The notes beneath the pieces were generated by a model, which saw nothing but the letters and a program-made list of their open reading frames with translations, was not told where the DNA came from and made no database searches. Below are positions 58,497 through 64,000 of a stretch of 64,000 nucleotides of DNA, in pieces (the first letter of the stretch is position 1; every line of letters starts with the position of its first letter). The DNA comes from a virus (taxonomy: Duplodnaviria > Heunggongvirae > Uroviricota > Caudoviricetes): IMG/VR virus record IMGVR_UViG_2721755711_000002; one strand, written 5' to 3'. The translations under genes were made by a program, and so were the position numbers.

Positions 58497-58755
58497 GGTA
58501 ACAGAAGACGGTCGTCATGTTGAGGAAGTGCATGTCCTGGGGGATATGTACCGCCTGGAGTTCTATCCGCGTAACACTCATCTTGCAGCGAAGATTGAGT
58601 ATTGCCGGGACGGGAATATTCCGTGCATTCCTGTAGAAAAAGAGGATGAAGCCTACATCATCACACTGAACGGTGACACGGCGCGTTGTATCTGTCGTGG
58701 CGACAGTGAAGCCCGGAATGAAATAGCAAGATGTCGCGCCCATACAGATAAATAA
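58480..58755 (+). CDS. Hypothetical Cys-containing small protein; 5' end uncertain, possibly a gene remnant
   Basis: 91-codon ORF (TTG in track; internal ATG at MYRLEF) with own terminator. Confidence 0.35.
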   Translation: MITTPQVTEDGRHVEEVHVLGDMYRLEFYPRNTHLAAKIEYCRDGNIPCIPVEKEDEAYIITLNGDTARCICRGDSEARNEIARCRAHTDK

Positions 58756-58763
58756 AAAGCAAA

Positions 58764-58800
58764 AACCCCGGCTGCGGGAACAGTTCGGGGTTTTCTGTTT
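58764..58800 (+). terminator. Rho-independent terminator
   Basis: Stem AACCCCG/CGGGGTT followed by TTTTCTGTTT. Confidence 0.5.
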
Positions 58801-58826
58801 CTGACCTTGAGTAAGCAAGGGAGAAC

Positions 58827-59009
58827 ATGGAGAAGTATAAACGAATTCTGTTTAGGTTGACTATGAAAAACGGCCTTGAATTGAAAGCGCCTGTAACTGA
58901 TGACATCAGCAGAGCGGTGGCTTTTGCCATTAAGTGGGTGGCTGTCGGTATCGCTGTGTCTCCGATTCTGTATGGGATGGCAAAATTGATCATTGCTGTG
59001 AAATCGTAA
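58827..59009 (+). CDS. Small membrane protein
   Basis: 60-aa ORF with C-terminal hydrophobic helix; GGGAG site upstream. Confidence 0.35.
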   Translation: MEKYKRILFRLTMKNGLELKAPVTDDISRAVAFAIKWVAVGIAVSPILYGMAKLIIAVKS

Positions 59010-59026
59010 GTGGGGCAGGGGTAAAT

Positions 59027-59161
59027 ATGTCAGATAGCATTATAAAACTGGCGCGAATTCTCTGTGTGGTTGTTGGCCTTTCATTTTCAGCAATGTTGGT
59101 TGCCATTTTCATTTCCACCGCCTGGCGAGTATTGAGCTTATCCGGATTGATTGGTGGATAG
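59027..59161 (+). CDS. Small hydrophobic peptide (44 aa)
   Basis: Short ORF MSDSIIKLARILCVVVGLSF... directly upstream of lipoprotein gene. Confidence 0.25.
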   Translation: MSDSIIKLARILCVVVGLSFSAMLVAIFISTAWRVLSLSGLIGG

Positions 59162-59165
59162 TGAG

Positions 59166-59348
59166 ATGAAGCGAAAACACTGGACACACAGAATGCCGCG
59201 AACGGCGGCGAAATGGGTACTGGTAGCGATACTGGTGCCTTTTTTCCTGGTGGGATGCGTCAGCCTGGATAAGGCGCGCCAGCTTTTCGATACGGCTTCT
59301 CAGGTCTGCGAAATTGTCGACGGTGTTCGACAGTGTCTGCAGAGCTGA
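59166..59348 (+). CDS. Small lipoprotein, paralogue of 46162-46344
   Basis: 60-aa ORF; lipobox FLVGC; mature-part motifs QLFD.A..VC.I.DG.RQC shared with paralogue. Confidence 0.55.
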   Translation: MKRKHWTHRMPRTAAKWVLVAILVPFFLVGCVSLDKARQLFDTASQVCEIVDGVRQCLQS

Positions 59349-59510
59349 TCGCCCGTAAGAGCAGAATATTTTGCTGAAAAATGAAGGATGTGTCAGCGTC
59401 CGGAAAGCATGAAATTCTGCTGCGTGTACCAATTTTATCTTATTCATTCTAAATCTTGCCGAATCAAGCAACTGCCCGGGCGGCAAGGGGTATTTTTATC
59501 CGGAGGGGAT

Positions 59511-59735
59511 ATGAAGAGATTACTGGTAACCGTAAAGCCCTTTAACGGAACGATTCCATTCAGGGTTTTGCAGCGTGGACGTGTTCTGGTTAAGGATATC
59601 TTCAGTGGTAAATGCACGGAATGTTATTCCCGGACATATGAAGTGGATGCCACGGATGAAGAAATTTCTGTTGAATGTGATCTGAACGCGAATATGGCGG
59701 GGATTGTAACAGCCACGTTGTTGCCGGTTTCATGA
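59511..59735 (+). CDS. Hypothetical protein
   Basis: 74-aa ORF with GGAGGGG site. Confidence 0.4.
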   Translation: MKRLLVTVKPFNGTIPFRVLQRGRVLVKDIFSGKCTECYSRTYEVDATDEEISVECDLNANMAGIVTATLLPVS

Positions 59736-59775
59736 ATGACATAGAATGTCTCCGGGTACCCAAAAGGAGAACACT

Positions 59776-59991
59776 ATGTTTGTAGAAAATAACCTGAAGG
59801 CTGATCCTGATAATCAGGGATGGGTTCTGGGTTGGGCTGTAGTACGTGACAAACCGTGGCATCTGGTCGGTATTTATGCGACGGAGGATGGCGCAAAGTC
59901 TAAACGCTCTGAATTGAATGGGGAGTATGAAGTTCGTTATGGTTCCCATCGTTTAGGTAGTGATGATTTTATGTCTGTCGGACTTAGCTAA
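59776..59991 (+). CDS. Hypothetical protein
   Basis: 71-aa ORF followed by terminator. Confidence 0.4.
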   Translation: MFVENNLKADPDNQGWVLGWAVVRDKPWHLVGIYATEDGAKSKRSELNGEYEVRYGSHRLGSDDFMSVGLS

Positions 59992-60012
59992 CTGGCTGTG
60001 ATGCCTGTTTGT

Positions 60013-60038
60013 AGCCCCGCAAATGCGGGGCTTTTTAT
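60013..60038 (+). terminator. Rho-independent terminator
   Basis: Stem AGCCCCGC/GCGGGGCT, loop AAAT, then TTTTT. Confidence 0.6.
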
Positions 60039-60052
60039 ATTTGGAGACGATA

Positions 60053-60445
60053 ATGAAAAAAACAGAAAATAAACCGGTTGCAATTGGTGCCGCTGTTGTT
60101 CCGTTTAAGTTTGAGTTGTCTCAACTGGTGGAGATGCGCATCAGTGATGAATGGGGTGAGGTTAAAGCCCGCGCGCAGTATGCGGATGGCGAAAACCAGT
60201 ACTTGATCCACTACAAGGCTGCTGATGGTCGCGCCACAACGGCGTGGTTTGGTGAGTCAATGCTGGAAGCAACAGAAGATGATCGCCATCCGGGCTGTCC
60301 GGTATTTGCCGGTATGAAATTACCGGAAGGCGCAGTTGAACTGCAGCCGGGTGAGGTGTTCGTAATGTCAGAAGTCATTGATGGCAAACCGCAGTATTCA
60401 CGTATTGAAACTAACGGCAAGGACGTTTGTCTGGTTCGCAAGTAA
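60053..60445 (+). CDS. Hypothetical protein
   Basis: 130-aa ORF with GGAG site; followed by hairpin GCAGCCCTT-CAGTG-AAGGGCTGC. Confidence 0.5.
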   Translation: MKKTENKPVAIGAAVVPFKFELSQLVEMRISDEWGEVKARAQYADGENQYLIHYKAADGRATTAWFGESMLEATEDDRHPGCPVFAGMKLPEGAVELQPGEVFVMSEVIDGKPQYSRIETNGKDVCLVRK

Positions 60446-60650
60446 CTTGCATTACAGCAGCCCTTCAGTGAAGGGCTGCGATAATGTGAGAAATAAAAAA
60501 CCGGTCACAGGGAGCAGCTACACAGAACCGGCCGGCGAAGACCGCCAATACCACCCATGCTTCAGTAAAACATGCATATGACATTAGCTGGTATTGATGT
60601 AAATGCAATGTTACGCATCGACAAAAATAAAAAACCGGCAGGGGAAATCC

Positions 60651-60875
60651 ATGGAAGATTTGCCGGTGGCAAAAGTTGCCAATGCTTTTATAACCGTAGT
60701 CGCAGAGTTGCGGAGTGCAACTACGAATGCTGCAGGTATATGGCTGAATGGCGTTTCAATGATGTACGTCATCTTATCTGTAAATGTTAATGATAAACGC
60801 TCCCATTTGTGCGGGTCCTTTCCGGGAGTTGAAACACCGGGGGTCATGGGACGCGCAAAAACGCGCTATTTATGA
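60651..60875 (+). CDS. Questionable small ORF overlapping the cos region
   Basis: 74-aa ORF running into cos-like sequence; may not be translated. Confidence 0.2.
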   Translation: MEDLPVAKVANAFITVVAELRSATTNAAGIWLNGVSMMYVILSVNVNDKRSHLCGSFPGVETPGVMGRAKTRYL

Positions 60876-60960
60876 AAATTTTTCGAGTTCCACTTCCGGT
60901 TTTTTAATTATCTAACCAATTGATTAGATTGTTTTTAGTTATCAAGAAAACCGGAAGTCC
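60840..60960. other. Lambda-like cohesive end site (cosN/cosB region)
   Basis: CGCTATTTATGAAAATTTTT closely matches sequence next to the lambda left cohesive end; ~170 bp upstream of Nu1; inverted ACTTCCGGTTTT / AAAACCGGAAGT. Confidence 0.45.
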
Positions 60961-61027
60961 GACCAGTTTGTGGGAAAATAGCGGCAAAAACGGAGTTGAG
61001 TGTAAAGTGAACAGCTAAAGAGGGTGT

Positions 61028-61537
61028 ATGGCAACGCAGGCGGAGGTAGCCGAGCATCTTGGTATAACTGAACGCTGGTTGCGGGATCTTCAGAAGCACC
61101 CGGGAGCGCCAAAAAATCGAAAGCGTGGTGAATACGATATTGATGCCTGGCGATATTTTTATATTTCATACCTTAAACGCAAAGGAAGAAGCGATACTGA
61201 TGACGATGGAAATAGCGATTACGAAGAAAAATTACTTATCGCCAGATGGAAATTGACTGAAGAACAGGCAATAGCACAGCAATTAAAAAATCAGGTAACC
61301 GAAGGCAAGCTCATTGATTCTGGGTTCTGCGTTTTCGCTCTCAGCAAACTGGCGATGGCATTGTCCAGTACGCTTGATTCCATTCCTTTATCCATGCAGC
61401 GACAGTTCCCGGATTTAACCCCGCGTCATATCGATTATCTGAAAACCCTTATCGCAAAAGGCGCGAATCAGTGTGCGCGGACAGGGGATAAATTGCCGGA
61501 GTTACTCGATGAATATATCCGAACTACAGCTGAATAA
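61028..61537 (+). CDS. nu1: Terminase small subunit (lambda Nu1-like)
   Basis: 169-aa ORF; central region aligns with lambda Nu1 (FC.F.LS..A...S.LD..PLS.QR.FP.L..RH.D.LK). Confidence 0.8.
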   Translation: MATQAEVAEHLGITERWLRDLQKHPGAPKNRKRGEYDIDAWRYFYISYLKRKGRSDTDDDGNSDYEEKLLIARWKLTEEQAIAQQLKNQVTEGKLIDSGFCVFALSKLAMALSSTLDSIPLSMQRQFPDLTPRHIDYLKTLIAKGANQCARTGDKLPELLDEYIRTTAE

Positions 61538-63425
61538 TATGATGGCTGCTGTTTCAGTTGCGCTGCAGCCTCTGGTCAGGGTTGTACCGATGACGGCAGT
61601 TGAATGGGCTGATCAAAATTATTATCTGCCTAAAGAATCGTCATACGGTGATGGGGAATGGAAAACACTGCCGTTCCAGGTCGCCATTATGAACAGCATG
61701 GGGCACGACAGGATCCGCACTGTTAATCTGATTAAATCGGCGCGTGTGGGTTACACCAAAATGCTGCTGGGCGTGGTCGGGTATTTTATTGAGCATAAAT
61801 CCCGTAACAGCCTGCTCTTCCAGCCGACAGATTCCGCAGCTGAAGATTTTATGAAAGCGCATGTGGAAGCAACGCTCCGGGATGTCCCCAGCCTTAAAGC
61901 GTTATCGCCATGGCTGGGCAGAAAACATCGTGACAACACACTCACTCTGAAGCGTTTTTCCTCCGGCGTGGGGTTCTGGTGCCTGGGGGGTGCCGCTGCT
62001 AAAAACTACCGTGAAAAATCAGTGGATGTGGTCTGCTATGACGAACTCTCCTCGTTTGAACCGGATGTGGAAAAGGAAGGCTCGCCAACGCTGCTTGGCG
62101 ATAAACGTATCGAAGGTTCGGTATGGCCTAAATCCATACGCGGCTCAACGCCAAAAATTAAAGGTTCCTGTCAGATTGAAAAAGCCGCGAACGAATCTGC
62201 ACATTTTATGCGGTTTTATGTGCCATGCCCTCATTGTGGTGAAGCCCAGTATCTTAAGTTTGGCGATGATGCGACAACCTTTGGCCTGAAATGGGAGAAG
62301 GGTAAACCGGAAACGGTGTATTACCTGTGTGAACATAATGGCTGTGTGATCCGGCAGTCGGAGCTTGACCAGACCGACGGGCGCTGGATTTGTGACAATA
62401 CCGGGATGTGGACGCGTGACGGCCTGGCATTTTACAGCGCCGGTGATGAGGAGATGCCGCCACCGCGCTCAATCACGTACCACGTGTGGACAGCGTACAG
62501 TCCGTTCACCACCTGGGTACAGATTGTTTATGACTGGCTGGATGCGCTGAAGGATCCGAACGGTGTCAAGACGTTTATTAACACCACGCTCGGGGAGCCC
62601 TATGAAGAGGCCGTGGCAGAAAAACTGAGCTTTGAGTTGTTGCTGGAAAAAGTCTGCCACTATGATGCGCAGGTTCCCCTGCGGGTGGTTTACCTGACTG
62701 CCGGGATCGACTCCCAGAAAGATCGCTATGAAATTTATGTCTGGGGCTGGGCTCCCGGCGAAGAAGCCTTTCTGATTGACAAGCAAATTATCATGGGGCG
62801 ACCGGAGGACGAGGACACCCTTAAACGTGTTGATGCGGTGATCCGGAAAAAATACCGCCATGCTGACGGTACTGAAATTTCCATTTCCCGCGTCTGCTGG
62901 GATACCGGTGGTATCGACCAGGACATTGTGTATCAGCGTTCCAGGAAACACGGCACTTTTTTTGTGCTTCCCATAAAAGGGGCATCGGTGTATGGCAAGC
63001 CGGTGATCACCATGCCCAAAAAGCGCAACCAGCGTGGTGTGTTTTTGTGTGAGGTGGGCTCCGATACCGTCAAGGAAATGCTGTACGCCCGTTTTGCCCT
63101 GCCGGTGGTTTCTGCCAGTGAAGCAGCCCCGTATACCTTCCGTTTTCCGGATAACCCGGACATTTTTTCGGAAGAAGAGGCGCGTCAAATCGTAGCGGAA
63201 GAACTGGTGGAAAAGGTGGTTAACGGCAGGGTGAAACTGCTGTGGGATAAAAAAGGGCGACGCAACGAAGCCCTCGACTGCCTGGTATATGCTTATGCCG
63301 CCCTGCGCGTTTCGGTACAGCGGTGGCAACTGGACCTTGAAGCGCTGGCGAGGGCACGAAGAGATGAGCAGGATGAGGATGATATGAGCATGGAAGAGAT
63401 CGCGGCTGCACTGAGTGGAGGATAA
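61509..63425 (+). CDS. A: Terminase large subunit (lambda gpA-like)
   Basis: ~639-aa ORF from MNISELQ; strong colinear similarity to lambda A (TAVEWADQNYYLPKES...). Confidence 0.9.
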   Translation: MNISELQLNNMMAAVSVALQPLVRVVPMTAVEWADQNYYLPKESSYGDGEWKTLPFQVAIMNSMGHDRIRTVNLIKSARVGYTKMLLGVVGYFIEHKSRNSLLFQPTDSAAEDFMKAHVEATLRDVPSLKALSPWLGRKHRDNTLTLKRFSSGVGFWCLGGAAAKNYREKSVDVVCYDELSSFEPDVEKEGSPTLLGDKRIEGSVWPKSIRGSTPKIKGSCQIEKAANESAHFMRFYVPCPHCGEAQYLKFGDDATTFGLKWEKGKPETVYYLCEHNGCVIRQSELDQTDGRWICDNTGMWTRDGLAFYSAGDEEMPPPRSITYHVWTAYSPFTTWVQIVYDWLDALKDPNGVKTFINTTLGEPYEEAVAEKLSFELLLEKVCHYDAQVPLRVVYLTAGIDSQKDRYEIYVWGWAPGEEAFLIDKQIIMGRPEDEDTLKRVDAVIRKKYRHADGTEISISRVCWDTGGIDQDIVYQRSRKHGTFFVLPIKGASVYGKPVITMPKKRNQRGVFLCEVGSDTVKEMLYARFALPVVSASEAAPYTFRFPDNPDIFSEEEARQIVAEELVEKVVNGRVKLLWDKKGRRNEALDCLVYAYAALRVSVQRWQLDLEALARARRDEQDEDDMSMEEIAAALSGG

Positions 63426-63428
63426 AGG

Positions 63429-63638
63429 ATGGTTTATACGCATGAAATGCTTTGCGAGGCGCGTCGGGCATTACATGAACTGATGATCGGGCGTGCTGTG
63501 GTTTCTGTCGGCAGGAACGGACGGCAGGTTCAGTATTCGCGTGCGACGATTGGTGAACTGCGGCAATACATTGAAGAGCTGGAGAGTGCGCTGGGCGTGT
63601 CCGGACGGCGTCGCGGTCCGGTGGGAGTGAGACTGTGA
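63429..63638 (+). CDS. W: Head-tail joining protein (lambda gpW-like)
   Basis: 69-aa ORF aligning with lambda W (ARRALHELM.G..V..V...GR.V.......EL..YI.ELE......RRRGP). Confidence 0.8.
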   Translation: MVYTHEMLCEARRALHELMIGRAVVSVGRNGRQVQYSRATIGELRQYIEELESALGVSGRRRGPVGVRL

Positions 63639-64000
63639 ATGTGGAGTTGATAGATGTTCACGGACAGCCCCTGCGACAGAGTATGGGATATTCCGGTGGC
63701 GGCTCCGGATTTGGTGGGCAGCTTGCGGAATGGTTACCTGCACCAGAAAGTGCCGACGTGGCGCTCTTACCTTCCATTCATCTGGGTAACGCCCGCGCGG
63801 ATGATCTGGTCCGTAATAATGGCATTGCCGCGAATGCTGTGGAAATTCATAAAGACCATATCGTCGGGCATATGTTTCGTCTGAGTTATCGCCCCAACTG
63901 GCGCTGGCTGGGGATGTCGGAAGCAGATTCACATGCTTTTATTGAAGATGTTGAGGCGGCGTGGATGGAATACTGCGATCCGGTGTTTGGTACGATGGAT
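63635..64000 (+). CDS. B: Portal protein (lambda gpB-like), 5' partial, continues beyond the window
   Basis: Translation from GTG 63635 matches lambda B N-terminus (GGGSGFGGQL...LLP...GNARADDLVRNNG.AANA...HKDHIVG). Confidence 0.8.
   Translation, partial: MNVELIDVHGQPLRQSMGYSGGGSGFGGQLAEWLPAPESADVALLPSIHLGNARADDLVRNNGIAANAVEIHKDHIVGHMFRLSYRPNWRWLGMSEADSHAFIEDVEAAWMEYCDPVFGTMD

Overview
This 64-kb window is composite prophage DNA (Enterobacteriaceae-like), with no rRNA, tRNA or CRISPR array seen. (1) Positions 1 to ~18.2 kb are the left arm of a lambdoid prophage: integrase and excisionase, a large DEDDh exonuclease, a Rac-like immunity region (repressor, Cro/YdaS-like, YdaT-like), a replication and nin-like region with DUF4406, DUF968 and RusA, a Q-like late regulator, then a terminator-bounded moron block (MazF/PemK-like protein, candidate small RNA, AppY-like AraC regulator) and a truncated holin-like gene. 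(2) An IS21-family element (istA/istB, ~18.25-20.76 kb) sits at the junction with no target-site duplication. (3) Positions ~20.8-58.5 kb are a Mu-like transposable prophage in reverse orientation: repressor c, ner, transposase A, B, a block of small early genes, Mor, a lysis cassette, an orphan DNA methyltransferase next to the large terminase, portal, head, sheath, tube, tape measure, baseplate and two tail-fibre/assembly pairs. It is interrupted by an IS629 copy with a frameshifted orfB, and its right end appears to be missing. (4) Positions ~58.5-64 kb return to lambdoid late DNA: small terminator-bounded genes, a lambda-like cos site, Nu1, terminase A, W and the start of portal B. The most interesting candidates are the moron genes rather than one clearly novel system: the orphan MazF-like protein in the Stx-equivalent slot behind Q, two self-contained opposite-strand morons, an AraC regulator plus a possible ANR-like partner, the orphan methyltransferase, and a repeated hairpin element in the Mu-like early region. 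All calls rest on reading the translations and DNA by eye; none was checked by a search.
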